Shown in pieces: positions 1-20,419 of a stretch of DNA of 64,000 nt. The stretch is from the human T2T-CHM13v2.0 reference genome, Homo sapiens, in NCBI RefSeq assembly GCF_009914755.1, contig NC_060941.1; one strand, written 5' to 3'. The notes beneath the pieces were generated by a model. It was not told where the DNA came from. It saw only the letters and a list, made by a program, of their open reading frames with translations, and did no database searches. Every line of letters starts with the position of its first letter. Position 1 is the first letter of the stretch. Made by a program: the position numbers and the translations under genes.

Positions 1-229
1 CCCCAGGCCTGAGTTTAGTCTTGCCAGTGACTGGTCAGGTCTTTTGGAATCTACAGACCCAGTGTCCACCTGAGGGAGGAAACTCTTGTTCCCTTGAAGT
101 TCCTGCTATTTCTGTCATCTCTCTCCCCCTTCCTCTAAACATGGATCAGATCCCTACAGAGTTAGCAGATGAGATCAGCGTTGAGTTTGCCACACCTTAG
201 AGCAGAGATTCACAGTGTTAGGTCACATA

Positions 230-670
<441 letters not shown>

Positions 671-1311
671 CCCTGGGGCTTTATTACTAAGACTCCTCTC
701 TACCTCTGGTCAGTTTCTGCTGTGCCTAACCCTAAACTGATTTTGATTGCTTTGTCTGCACTTGCAGTTCCCAGCATTCTGTCCAAGTTCACCCAAAACA
801 TTAATGACACCAGACTTGCTTCCTAATTCCCCTCTATCTCTGGCTGTTCCCAGGGTACGGTTTTGGACACAAATTTCCTGCACTTAGGTATCTCCTCCCA
901 TCCCACCTATACAACCTGCTCAGAGTTAACCTTTACTTATCCTACATAAAATATTACTAGGAAGTAAGATGGGCAATCACTGAGTATCCACCCTTGAAAT
1001 TCTCTATATCTCTTAATAGCTACCACTTAATTAGTATCTGCTATGTGCCAAGAACTATGCTAGACACTTCAACTGTGTAACCCAAATATAATCTAGAGCT
1101 CCCACAGTCTGGTCTTCATGCAATTTCCCATGAAAAAAAAAAACAAAAAAAAAAACAAAAAAACAGCCCAGTAGCCAATAGAATATAAAAGCAATTGTGA
1201 TTTTTACTGATCTTTTGGCATGAAGAAGTGGTTCATTAATAAGCCATAGCAACCCTTGTTAACTCTTCTTTTTACATTCCTCTTGCCCTCATAGCTTTCC
1301 TGCAGCTCCTC

Positions 1312-1679
1312 TGATATGATTTGAATTTGCGTCCAGGTCCAAATCTCATGTCAAATTGTAATCCCCAGTGTTGGAGGAGGGTCCTGGTGGGAGGTGACTG
1401 GATCATGGGGGCTCTTCTTATGATAGTGAGTGAGTTCTCATGATATCTGGTTGTTTAAAAGTGTGTGGCACCTCCCCTTTCTCTCTCTTATTCCTTCTCT
1501 GGCCACGTAAGACATGTCTGCTCCCCCTTTGCCTTCTGCCATGCTTGTAAGTTCCCTGAGGACTCATCCACCATGCTTCCTGTACAGCCTGTGGAACTGA
1601 GAGTCAATTAAACCTCTTTTCTTTATAAATTACCCAGTCTCATGTAGTTCTTTACACAATGTGAGAATGAACTAATACA
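1312..1679 (+). mobile_element. ERVL-MaLR solo LTR (MSTA/MSTB-like)
   Basis: TG...CA termini ('tgatatgatttg' ... 'actaataca'), typical MST body, 5-bp TSD tcctc/ccctc. Confidence 0.85.
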
Positions 1680-1850
1680 CCCTCTATTCATGCCCCAAAT
1701 CAACTCCTCATCCCAAAGTTTATCTCCTAACTCACTGACCTTTCTCTTTCTTCTCCTCTTCCTTTCCTTCTGCTTCTATTTGTCTCTTTCCTAAGTAATT
1801 CTTGGCTCTTTAGGATACAAATCCCCATGATACTTTCTGCAGTTCTCTGT

Positions 1851-1878
1851 TTCTCTTTCTCTCTCTCTCTCTCTGTCA

Positions 1879-1913
<35 letters not shown>
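1851..1913. repeat. (CT)n-(CA)n compound microsatellite
   Basis: Direct reading. Confidence 0.95.
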
Positions 1914-1915
<2 letters not shown>

Positions 1916-1968
1916 CAGATTTTGATTCTGAACTGCTGCAGAGGCTCACACACTGATCTGGCAGACTT

Positions 1969-2343
1969 TGCTATCATTTGAATGTGTCCCCTCCAAAATT
2001 CAGGCATTGCCAATGTGACAGTATTAAGAAGTGGGGCCTTTCAGAGTTGCTTTGTCCATGAGAGCCCCTCCCTCATGATGGAACTAAGGCCCTCGTAAAA
2101 GAGGCTTCACACAGCATTTGCCTCACTTGCCCTTCCACCTTCCTCACCATGTGAGGACCTCCGGAGGTGCAGCATCAAGGTGCCATCTTGGAAGCAGAGA
2201 GTAGCCCTCCCCAGGCAACTGAGTCTGCCAGAGCCTTGACTTTGGACCTCCCAGCCTCCAGAACTGTGAGAAATAAATTTCGGTTCTTTATAAATTACCC
2301 AGTCTCAGATATTTTGTTTTAGCTGCACAAAGGGTCTAAGACA
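1969..2343 (+). mobile_element. ERVL-MaLR solo LTR (MSTD/MLT1A-like)
   Basis: 'tgctatcatttgaatgtgtcccctccaaaattca' ... 'ctaagaca'; 5-bp TSD gactt/gactc. Confidence 0.8.
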
Positions 2344-5300
2344 GACTCCAAAGACAAGTTCTTTACTGGGTAAATGTGGGCAGATGGGGTCACAGTGGAT
2401 GGAAGACTGCAAATACAATGTTTGTTATAACTTACTGTATCCCTATAACATACAGATCTAATCTCATTCAACCCTATGAGGCAGGTGTTACTACTCTCAT
2501 TCCACAGATAAAGAAACTTTGACAGAGGGAAACTAATCAAGTCATGGAGGCAGGATTTGAACCCAGGCCTGTCTTACTCTTAACCTATAAATCAGCCAGC
2601 TCCTGAAAGGGCTTTATAGAGGGGCTCTTGAGAACCTGGACTCAGTGTATGAAGAGCTGGAAGCCACAAGTATAGACATCCAGCCAGATTGGGCTGCTCA
2701 GCACCCACTGGCTGTCTCTCTGACTTCCTGGAAGAGCTATCAAGACTCCCCTTACAGAAACAGCCTCTTCATGTTCCCAACAATGGCTCTTAATCTCAGC
2801 ACTACTTAGAAACTAATGAGGCAGAAAGGGTTAATTTCAGATCCCCCAACACATGCACAAGTGGATCTTGGAGAATCCCTCTCTCTGTAGTTACAAGGAA
2901 CCTGTTTTTCCCTTCTCTTTCTTCCTTTTAGGCAAACCATGCACTGGGCGGTGGCCCCAGGGGAAGGAAGGGTTTCCTGAAGCATGGTCACTGTCGATAG
3001 CATTAGCAACTTTGGGCTGTTTTCTTTCCATTTACTTTCCCTCCTGGCACTAAAACCTCATTAGAGCTCTGACAGAAGAGAAATGGCTGGAGTGGAGAAA
3101 GAAACTCTTGCATTTCCCAGAAATTCTGCTCTGGGTTTCCATTGCCTGTTTCCTAGCAGGCTGGACCGGCAGTGACCCCAAGAGACATGCTCAAAACCTG
3201 GCCAGCGTGGGGAGGGGTGCAGGGCAGGCCTGAGGCCCAACCAGACCCATTTAGTCCCTCTCCATCCTGCAGGAACTGGATTTCAGAGTCCATTTTTTTG
3301 TGGTTTAGGATCATGTACACCTGGATAGGACAGGGTTTACTTGAATCCTCTCTTGGAAGCCATAGTCTGCTGAGCAAATGAATGGTGTAAATGAGGCTGG
3401 GGAGTGGGGGAGTGTTTAACCTAATTAAGAGAAACTCTTTTCTCAAGCACTTTAGCACTTTCCCTTTGCACTGTGGAGAATGACTCACTGAATGCAGAGC
3501 TGGCCAACATGGGGCCTCTTGGAGGCCCCCAGTGGACAGCACTTTGTTGTCACTACAGAAGTCCCTGTGATCACATAAAGGAAGCAACACTGCTCAGGGG
3601 AAATCTCCTGATCACCTTGGCAGAGGCTGAGAGACCAGCTCCTAGACCCTGCTCTGCCTCAAGCAGATCTGAGGCTATTGCCTTGTTCCTTCTGAGCCCC
3701 TGAGTCTTTGTCTGGAAGGTATGAAAGCTAGAGAGATTTCTGAGATTCACTGCTGCCCTTGCTAACATTCAGTTTTTGTGGCATCATAGAACCTTTAAAG
3801 AATCAGATTAGTTCCATCAACATTTACTGAGCACTTGCTGTGTGCCAAAATGGTGCTGGGTGTCAGAGATACCCCTATACCTTAGAAAGTTGCACCCCCT
3901 CGTGGAGTGGACTGCTCAGTGTACACACTTGTTACCCTGAGTGAAGCACTTACACACAAAAGCACCCGACCTTGCATAAACATTCAGGAAGATCCTGGAC
4001 CCACTAAGTCCCACCTAGCACCTCAGATGACCAATTCCTGGTTTAGATTACCTCAAAGGTTTTCTCAAAGGTTATAATGACTTATATTTCAGAAAAATGT
4101 GGTTTTTTTGCATTAAATTTTCCTTATTTCCCACTGTTAATTGTAAATAAGACAGCACAAAGCCAATGTAATAGCAGGTTAGGATCGGATTTTAGTTTTA
4201 GGTCTGACTTACTAATCCTTTAGCCATGGGGCCTTGAGCCAACCACTTAAACTCTCTAAGCCTCAGTTTCCTTATCAACAAAAGAGGGATAAAATACTGC
4301 CCTCATGCATCATGCATGTCAATAAAAGGTCATGAGAATCTAGTGAGACTACATATTCAAAAGGGCTTCTGAGAGTATAAAAATCAAGAATGATTATAAA
4401 ATGCTGATGCTGTCCTTACCAGGATTGTGTCTTTATCATAGCAGCTGTGCAACTTTGTCTAAGAAGCTTCACATCTCAGGCTCCTTTTTCTCATCTGTGA
4501 AATGGGTGTGGTGGGTTTAATCTCACAGAATTCAGAGGGCTGGAGATAGCCTACGCAAAGGTTAACTTTTAAGGGCTCAGTGCACTGAAAGGACTTACAG
4601 AACCTGCAACTGCTTGATGCTACGGTTGTGCAATTATTGGATTTGGAGTCTTGCAATAAGTTTGCTGGTATTTTTTGCAGAGACTGTGGAAAGCAGTCCT
4701 TCTTTCTCAGCCACCTTCACCCCTGGAATCTATGTCAAGGTGTGTATTCCCAACAGCAGTATGCCTGCCCTGAAGTCTTAATGAGAATGAGGAGCCCTGC
4801 AGCAGCTAGAAGGTGCAGCCGCTAGCCATGCATGAAGTTAATTTAGCTTCTGTAAATGTCTGGCGGCTTAGGTAGCAAGAGACAGGCCTGGCCTGCATAG
4901 ATGATCCGTGCTCTGCCTTGGAAATGATGGAGGAGAAACAGCTCTCCCAAACCGATGAGTTTCATTCCTAAAGTGACTGCACCATAACCTGGGGAGACTG
5001 GGCTTGTTTTCATCTTAAGCTGAAAAGGTTTCCAAAAACAATCATTTCATTGTTTTTCTACTCACTGCTAACTCAATAAAAGTGGTTCTTTTAATTAATT
5101 TCATTGTTCCTCATTGTGCTGTTTTTGAACTAATAAAAACGTTCTTTCTGCTCTCTCCATGGCTCTTGCAGCCTCCAGCCATTTCCCAGCATTCATCAAC
5201 TCCCCAAATGCCAAAGGTGGATGGGATGTCAGACCATTTAAGCCAATTCACCTCATTTTGCAGATGAGAAAACTGAGGCCCAGAGAGGGATAGTGACCTA

Positions 5301-7379
5301 TTCAAGGCATACACTGAATTAGTGGCCAAGTTGGGATTCAAACCCACTTGGGAAAGGCTCGGCCATGCAGCTAACATCTGACAGTTTTTGCACAGACTGC
5401 GTTAGAACCTTTCAGCAACTCCTTTCTTTCTATTGATTTTTTCTCATAAAATCAAAGCAGTAGATAGTTGTAAAAAGAAAATTGGCCTCCAGATTTAACA
5501 AAATTACCCAGGAATGTGGCAATCCACACCAAATACCTGTTTAAAGAGAAAACAAAAACACTCCAATGAAATATTAGTAAGAATTCTGAAAATATTAACA
5601 ATGCCTGATGCTAACAATGATAAAGTAAAAATAAGAAAGGTGATAAATGTAGTTCAATACCCCAAAAAAGTGGCAATTTAATAATCTGCTCAATGGGTTT
5701 CCCAAGTTCCTTCCACTGGCAAAGATGTATTCCTTGGAGAACTAGGAATCAGCAGAGTTTACCCCCACCTGAAAATATCTCAGTACCTCCAAGTTTCCAC
5801 CTGAAAGAGTTATTTGAAGCATTCTCTACTTTTGCAATCATTTAAGTTCGCTGACATCTTTCTAAATATCCTTCCTGGTTACACGGCCATGGGCTTTTAT
5901 GTCATCACGGGTCAGACTTGTGTTAAGGAGGGATGCTGCCCCCCTATAACCATTTAGTTGCCACCTCTTTGAAAAAAAAATCCTGATTTCTAGAGTCACA
6001 AGTTATCTTTTGCTCCCCAAACCAACCTGAGCACTTTATTCAAAACTCTCTAGAGGCCCTAAGAAGTAGTTGCATACTATTTCAGTTCAGATACAACTTC
6101 TTTTGTACACTGCTAGTTCCCTTAGGACTGAGGCCGAGCCTGATTTCTGCTTAAAGGGGATGACAGAAAAAGTGTAGGATCTAGAGATAGAAGTCATGAG
6201 TTTGAGCCCTAGCTCTGTCGTTAGCACACCCTCCATTGTCGCTGATGTGTCTGTGTCTTTATCATCCCTCTCCTACACTGCAAGGCAAGAATCATCTTCC
6301 TCTCACTCACTGCTATATCTCTAGGACCTAGAACGGTGCTTTATTCCTAGCAGGCTCACAGTAGGTTTTTATTGATTGGATTTTTGAAAGGAGGTACAGA
6401 TTTGGGCCATGACATTGTGTCAGATCTTTACCTATGAAGTGGGAATAACGATATGCATTATTTTATATCCACAAGACCATTCAATCTTACAGACAGCCCA
6501 GGGCAGCAGGTATTGTTATCATATTCCACATATATGAGGAAAATGAGGTTCAGAGGTGAGTTTTCACAGCTTGAAAAGAATGGAGCAGAATATAGTACGT
6601 AGGTAATCAATACCAAATTTGGTGTACCTGTAGATGTTATCTTTCAAAATGGAAGAAAGCCCCCATGATACAATCCATTGCCCCCCAGCCTTAGAAGCAG
6701 AGATATTTTAGTTTGTGAGAGCTCCATTAGGTATGGAAATGCATAACCCACTTCACCTCCATGGAGGTCGGTGCTGGACCCCAGTCCTGCTCATTAGGAG
6801 GAACAAAGAGTTCTTGCTGCAAATTAAAGAGAATCTCCTTTCTTTGCAATTCCTAACATGTGCTTCTTGGAGAGGCTGTGCTTTTAGACAAACACTTTGA
6901 GAACCTATATTGTCCTAGGAACTATATTAGTTGCTATGGTTGACACAAACCTGAGCTCCACACTCAAATGAGTGTGTAGTCTGGTTGGTGTAGGAAGGCA
7001 TTATGCTCGAGTCAACCTTGCTTCATACACATTCACTTCCAGCTATGAATTTACTCTTTTAATAATGCATGGATGCTATCTCATTTACATACTCCGCTAG
7101 GATCATTATTTCACCAGCAGCCATTCACCACAGTTTCACAAGAGGACATATCTGGAGTCATAAAATATTGGAAGAAATTTCGGAGCAGATAAGAACTGAC
7201 TCCCACAGGTGTTCCTGGAGATGAGCACAGATCCTCAGAGAGTACATGAAATCCTCTCCTCACAGAGAAGCGATTTCCTGCTCCTCTCACTGTTGCTGCC
7301 CTGGCCTCATCAAATGCAGACAGCAAGTCCTCTTCTTGGATTGAATCTTTCTGGTTCCATCTCCTACCAGTCCCCCCAT

Positions 7380-7850
7380 CTCTCATTCAGCTCTGGCTGC
7401 CCAGCTCTCATGGCTGTTCCTTGAACATATCTGGGTCTCTCTTACCCCAGGGACTTTGCATAGGCTTTTCTCATTGCCTGGAATACTCTTCTTTAGATAG
7501 CCTTGTAGCTCCATCAACTTCTCAAAGACTTGAAGTCTTTGACTTCGTTCAAACGAAGTCTTCCTTGATCATCCCCCTCCTACCTCCCCCACAACACCAA
7601 TTAGTTACAATTTAAACTATTCCTCGCTATGTGGCATTCTCAATCCATTCCTTTACTTTATTTGTTTTCATACAACTCTTCCCCATCTTATAAATTATAT
7701 AGTCTACTTGTCTATCTTTCTTGTCTACATTCTAGGAAGTAGATAGGCTCTGTGAAGATAAGGATTTTTGTCTGTTTTCTCTATTACTGTCATCCAGTGT
7801 CAAGAAATGTGCCTGGCACAAAGTAGACATTCAATAAATGAATGAATGAA
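7380..7850 (+). mobile_element. L2 3' end fragment
   Basis: L2-like body ending 'gtgcctggcacaaagtagacattcaataaatgaatgaatgaatg'. Confidence 0.7.
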
Positions 7851-7999
7851 TGCCCTGAGGAATGTCTCACAGTGCTAAAACCAAAAAAAAAAAAAAAAAA
7901 TAGTAAAATTTAAAAAAAGACTCTCACTACCTTCTAAGTGGGTACAGCCCTTCATAGTTTCTGAAACATATTTGCATGAATAATCTCACTTAATCTCCT

Positions 8000-8378
8000 T
8001 GTATTGGACTGAATTCTACTCTCCCAAAATTCATATGTTGAAGCCCTAACCCCCAATATGACTGTAGTATTTGGAGATAGGATCTTTGGAAGACAATTGA
8101 GGTTAAATGAGGTCATACCAGTAAGGCTCCAATCTGATAAGACTGTAGCCTTTTAAGAAGAGAAAAAGAAAGATGTATTTTTCTCTCTGTCTGCACTGTG
8201 AGGACACAGTGAGAAAGCAGCTATCTGCAAGTCAGGAAGAGAGCCTTCACCAGAAAATTGAATCTGCTGGCACCTTGATTTTGGACTTACAGCCTCTAGA
8301 ACTGTGAGAAATAAGTTTTTGTTGTTTAAGCCACCTGTCTATGGTATTTTGTGATGGCAGCCTGAGCAGACTGAGACA
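8000..8378 (+). mobile_element. ERVL-MaLR solo LTR (MLT1A-like), inserted in a MIR remnant
   Basis: 'tgtattggactgaatt...cccaaaattcatatgttgaagccctaacccc' ... 'agcagactgagaca'; MIR-like sequence on both flanks. Confidence 0.8.
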
Positions 8379-9910
8379 CCCCACAAAATAGACCCTGCCT
8401 GGCAGATTTGATCACCCCATTTTCAAGACACAACAGCAAAGGCCCAGAGGAATTAAATTCACATAAGTAGTAATAAGTCTGCCCTGATTCCACTGAACCA
8501 GGCTAACACAGAGCATGGTCAACCTCCAAAGCCTGAATCCCACACAATTGGCTCTTCCCTTCACAACTACCCCCTACTACTAGTGTCCATTTGCAAAGGG
8601 CCTACAAGAAAATACAGCATTTTTCAAACACATCCTTCAAGGAGTGAAAGTTATGAGGGTTTCTAGTGAATGTGTTGCATATAAGCCCAAGAAAGAGTGC
8701 ACACTTTAATTGAAGAGCAAAGATTTCATGCACTTCTGCCCTGCTCCTCACAGTCTATACCCTTCCAGCACCACTTTCAGTTTTCTAGAAATCCACCCAT
8801 ACTTTCATTGATCCATAATCCATCCATTCGAAATTTTTGAGGGCCTACTATCTGAATTAACACCATCTGAATGTTTGAGGAGAAGCCAAGATGGCTGAAT
8901 AGGAACAGCTCCGGTCTACAGCTCCCAGCTTGAGCAACGCAGAAGATGGGTGATTTCTGCATTTCCAACTGAGGTACCAGGTTCATCTCACTGGGGAGTG
9001 CCAGAGAGTAGGTGCAGGACAGTAGGTGCAGTGCACCGTGCGCGAGCTGAAGTAGGGCGAGGCATCGCCTCACCTGGGAAGCTCAAGGGGTCAGGGAATT
9101 TCCTTTCCTACTCAAAGAAAGGGGTGATAGACGGCACCTGGAAAATCGGGTCACTCCCACCCTAATACTGCGCTTTTCCAATGGGCTTAAACAACGGCAC
9201 ACCAGGAGATTATATCAAGCACCTGGCTTGGAGGGTCCTATGCCCACGGAGTCTTGCTCATTGCTAGCACAGCAGTCCGAGATCAAACTGCAAGGCAGCA
9301 GAGAGGCTGGGGGAGGGGCACCCGCAATTGCCCAGTTAGTTGTTTGATTAGGTAAACAAAGAGGCCAGGAAGCTCGAACTGGGTGGAGCCCACCACAGCT
9401 CAAGGAGGCCTGCCTGCCTCTGTAGGCTCCACCTCTGGGTGCAGGGCACAGACAAACAAAAAGACAGCAATAACCTCTGCAGAATTAAATGTCCCTCTCT
9501 GACAGCTTTGAAGAGAGTAGTGGTTCTCCCAGCACACAGCTGGAGATCTGAGATCGGGCAGACTGCCTCCTCAAGTGGGTCCCTGACCCCTGAGCAGCCT
9601 AACTGGGAGGCACCCCCCAGTAGGGGCAGACTGACAATTCACACGGCCGGGTACTCCTCTGAGACAAAACTTCCAGAGGAACGATCAGGCAGCAGCATTT
9701 GCGGTTCACCAATATCTGCTGTTCTTCAGCCACCGCTGTGGATACCCAGGCAAACAGGGTCTGGAGTGGACCTCTAGCAAACTCCAACAGACCTGCAGCT
9801 GAGGGTCCTGTCTGTTAGAAGGAAAACTAACAAACAGGAAGGACATCCACACCAAAAACCCATCTGTACCTCACCATCATCAAAGACCAAAGGTAGATAA
9901 AACCACAAAG

Positions 9911-10927
9911 ATGGGAAAAAAACGGAGGAGAAAAACTGGAAACTGTAAAAATCAGAGCGCCTCTCCTCCTCCAAAGGAATGCAGCTCCTCACCAGCAATG
10001 GAACAAAGCTGCATGGACAATGACTTTGACGAGTTGAGAGAAGAAGGCTTCAGATGATCAAACTACTCCAAGCTACAGGAGGAAATTCGAACCAATGGCA
10101 AAGAAGTTAAAAGCTTTGAAAAAAAATTAGACAAATGGATAACTAGAATAACCAATGGAGAAAAGTCCTTAAGGGACCTAATGGAGCTGAAAACCAAGGC
10201 ACGAGAGCTACGTGACGAATGCAGAAGCCTCAGTAGCCAATGTGATCAACTGGAAGAAAGGGTATCAGTGATGGAAGATGAAATGAATGAAATGAAGCGA
10301 GAAGAGAAGTTTAGAGAAAAAAGAATAAAAAGAAACAAACAAAGCCTCCAAGACATATGGCAGTATGTGGAAAGACCAAATCTACGTCTGATTGGTTTAC
10401 CTGAAAGTGACGGGGAGAATGGAACCAAGTTGGAAAACACTCTGCAGGATATTATCCAGGAGAACTTCCCCAATCTAGCAAGGCAGACCAACATTCAAAT
10501 TCAGGAAATACAGAGAATGCCACAAAGATACTCCTCGAGAAGAGCAACTCCAAGACACATAATTGTCAGATGAACCAAAGTTGGAATGAAGGAAAAAATG
10601 ATCAGGGTAGCCAGAGAGAAAGGTCAGGTTACCCACAAAGGGAAACCCATCAGACTAACAGCTGATCTCTTGGCAGAAACTCTACAAGCCAGAAGAGAGT
10701 GGGGGCCAATATTCAACATTCTTAAAGGAAAGAATTTTCAACCCAGAATTTCATATCCAGCCAAACTAAGCTTCATAAGTGAAGGAGAAATAAAATACTT
10801 TACAGACAAGCAAATGCTGAGAGATTTTGTCACCACCAGGCCTGCCCTACAAGAGCTCCTGAAGGAAGCACTAAACATGGAAAGGAACAACCAGTACCAG
10901 CTGCTGCAAAAACATGCCAAATTGTAA
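9911..10927 (+). pseudogene. L1 ORF1p, disrupted
   Basis: ATG at 9911; ORF1p peptides (RPNLRLIG, YPAKLSF); in-frame TGA at 10055-10057 and 10571-10573. Confidence 0.93.
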
Positions 10928-10990
10928 AAACCATCAAGGCTAGGAAGAAACTGCATCAACTAATGAGCAAAATAACCAGCTAACATCATT

Positions 10991-14824
<3,834 letters not shown>

Positions 14825-16123
14825 ACAATGAGAACACATGGACACAGGAAGGAGAACATCACACTCTGGGGACTGTTGTGGGGTGGGGGGAGGGGGGAGG
14901 GATAGCATTAGGAGATATACCTAATGTTAAATGACGAGTTAATGGGTGCAGCACACCAACATGGCACATGTATACATATGTAACAAACCTGCACGTTGTG
15001 CACACGTACCCTAAAACTTAAAGTATAATAATAATAAAATAAAATAAAATAAAAAATAAAAATATAAAAAAGCACCATCCATGCAAATTTTATTCCATCA
15101 CAGAGATTAATGAAAAGAAATGGTCCTACTAGCATTTTATCAAGGGCTACTTGTGGACTGTATACTATATTGATACTTTGAATTTGGTTTTTTTTTTTTT
15201 TTTTTTTGCATGGACAGATGAACCTTTATTTAAAAAAATAGCACTTCAAATAAATTAAAAGGGACAACCGTCAAGTGTTCAAATTGTGAAGAAATAGTTG
15301 AAAACCTAGAGAGACTCCAAGCTGCAGTCTTCTAACCTCATTCTTTGTCCAATGGCAAAAACCCACACATCTCAGTATTCCCACTCAATTTTTTCCCTAC
15401 TGAGATGAGGGAAGCAATTGCAAACAGGAGACCAGACGAAGGAGAAAGCTGCATCTGATTGGAATGAATATTGCCACGTACTTGCTAATACGGGTTTCAC
15501 TTTATGACCAAATGTATTCTTTCAAAAATAAAAAAGAGGAGAGGGAAGCTGCATGTTTTTAAAAATTGAAATTATTTAGGGAAAAAACACTAACTCTAGT
15601 GCCTTTAACGGGCAATAGCAACTTTTTTCCTCCGAAGTCAAACACCATCCCCAGCTGAGCCTTTGTGCTACAAGCTTTTCAGGAGATGTTACCTAAACTT
15701 TATTAAAAGAAAAGAACAAGTTTAAATACAGACACTGGACTAGCCCAGTCTGTATTTTCAAGTCCACATTCTTCATCTGAATCAGGGACCCCCCTGAGTC
15801 TGCATGTTTTCAAGTTCACAGTACATGGAACCAGTTTTTCCTTTTAATTTTTTCCTCACTCAGAGCAGCCACACACAGTGGCCGTTGACGCTGGAACCTC
15901 GGGCGGGGCCTTTTCCTACAAGGCCTGGCCGGAGCTGCCCAAGGTTTCTCCTCAATGAGAATCGATGCTGTCATGCTCTATGGATGGGAAAAAAGCAAGA
16001 AAATAGAAGCACCTGGTACAGGTTTCATCAGATCCATTCAGATTCGCTATGTTCCAAACCCGCTGCTGAACGCCATTTGTCCACTTTGTGTGTGTTGAAC
16101 AGTTTGTGGCCTTGGAGTCAGTC

Positions 16124-18999
<2,876 letters not shown>

Positions 19000-20419
19000 T
19001 GAATTTGTTTATTCACTTAATCATCCTGCCAATTTTATATGGGAACCATCTACCTATTACAGAGGCAGAAAGTAAGGGTTAGACAGGGTAGGGTGACTTG
19101 CACAAGCTAACAGTGCTGCCAGGTGAGAGAGTCATCATTGTTGGGCTTCACAGCCTGAGTCCTCTTCATTGCATGGTGCTGCAGGTGACAGCCATGGGCC
19201 TGGAACTGCTTCAAGGGTAGTTTCCAGTGTCCTCACCTCTCCCCTTCCCCAGCCTCACCTCTCACATTTCCAGAATTAGCCAGTTCCTATTATTACTGAA
19301 GCAATAGTTAAGTTTGAGGGAAAAACACCAAATATAACTACAGTAACAAAATATAATAAGAGTTAACATCATTAACTAGTCATCATGCAATTGCCACAAC
19401 TATCCTAGGAGGAAGCTATTACCGTTTTGATCATTTTACAAATGATGGAACAGAGTATCAGGGAGATTAATTTGCACAGGGACACACAACCACTCCAAGA
19501 AAAGATGGAGATCCAAATGTTGCTCTTTTCAAGAGGCAGCTCAGCTTAATGGGGAAGTGGGAAAGCATATATCTCAACAAGGAGAAATACCAAATGGGTC
19601 TACCATATGCAAAGCACAGTGCTATGCTCTGGAGGGGGATGCAAAAATGAGTAAAGGAGCATATGGTTCTCTGCTGAGAAAGAGAAGGCTCTCACAACAC
19701 AAGAGTTGAACTTGGGCAAAAGACAGTAGGGTTCCACATTACCGATGTGACTATTGGAAATTCTTTCCCAACTATCCTGGGTCGGAGGCAGAAGAAGAGA
19801 CTGGTTGGAGAGCCCAGGAGAGCCTCTGAACATTAAGCCAACAGTCTTGAATCATGACAAGAGCCTCTCCACAGAGTCCTCAAATGCACTTCTATTCAAT
19901 CACTCAGATTTTTCTTCTTTGAGCATCTAAGAGGCAATATGATCAAAGGGAGACAAGGTCGTGAAATAGAAAGAATGATAACTTTGACATCAAACTTGTT
20001 ATAAACTCCACCTCCCCTTATTATAAGCTCCGAGACCTTGGGAAATTGCATATTTCCCTGAGGCTCACTTCCCCAGCTGTCACTTGTGGATATTAACTCC
20101 TCATATGGTGTCAGAGAAGTAAATACTATAACAAATGTAGAAATACATAGCACACACTAACCCTCAAACCAAGTTATTTCTTCCCACCTCTCAGTGGGGC
20201 TAACACTTGGTGTGAGGTGCTGGCGAAGAAACAAAGACTTTTAATGCTTGTTATCGCTTTCTAGAAGCTTAGAATTTAGTTGGGATTCAGGAGACAGGGA
20301 CTAGCAGAAGAAAACACATACTGCAATCTCCTAAGTAGTCTTTCACCTTTAATATTCCTCCCTCTGATCCATCCTGTGGAGTACCCTTTAGTAACACAAA
20401 CCTGATCATGTCCCTTATG

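Noticed and set aside
9215-9403. L1 antisense ORF0-like peptide (AGAPPPASLLPCSLISDCCASN)
   Set aside because: The ORF0 start is mutated (ATT in place of ATG) and the frame ends early at TGA 9215; not an intact ORF0
15071-15187. TLK2 copy as an L1 3' transduction or a single chimeric insertion
   Set aside because: It has the opposite orientation, its own poly(A) and its own TSD within a split MIR, so it is an independent insertion
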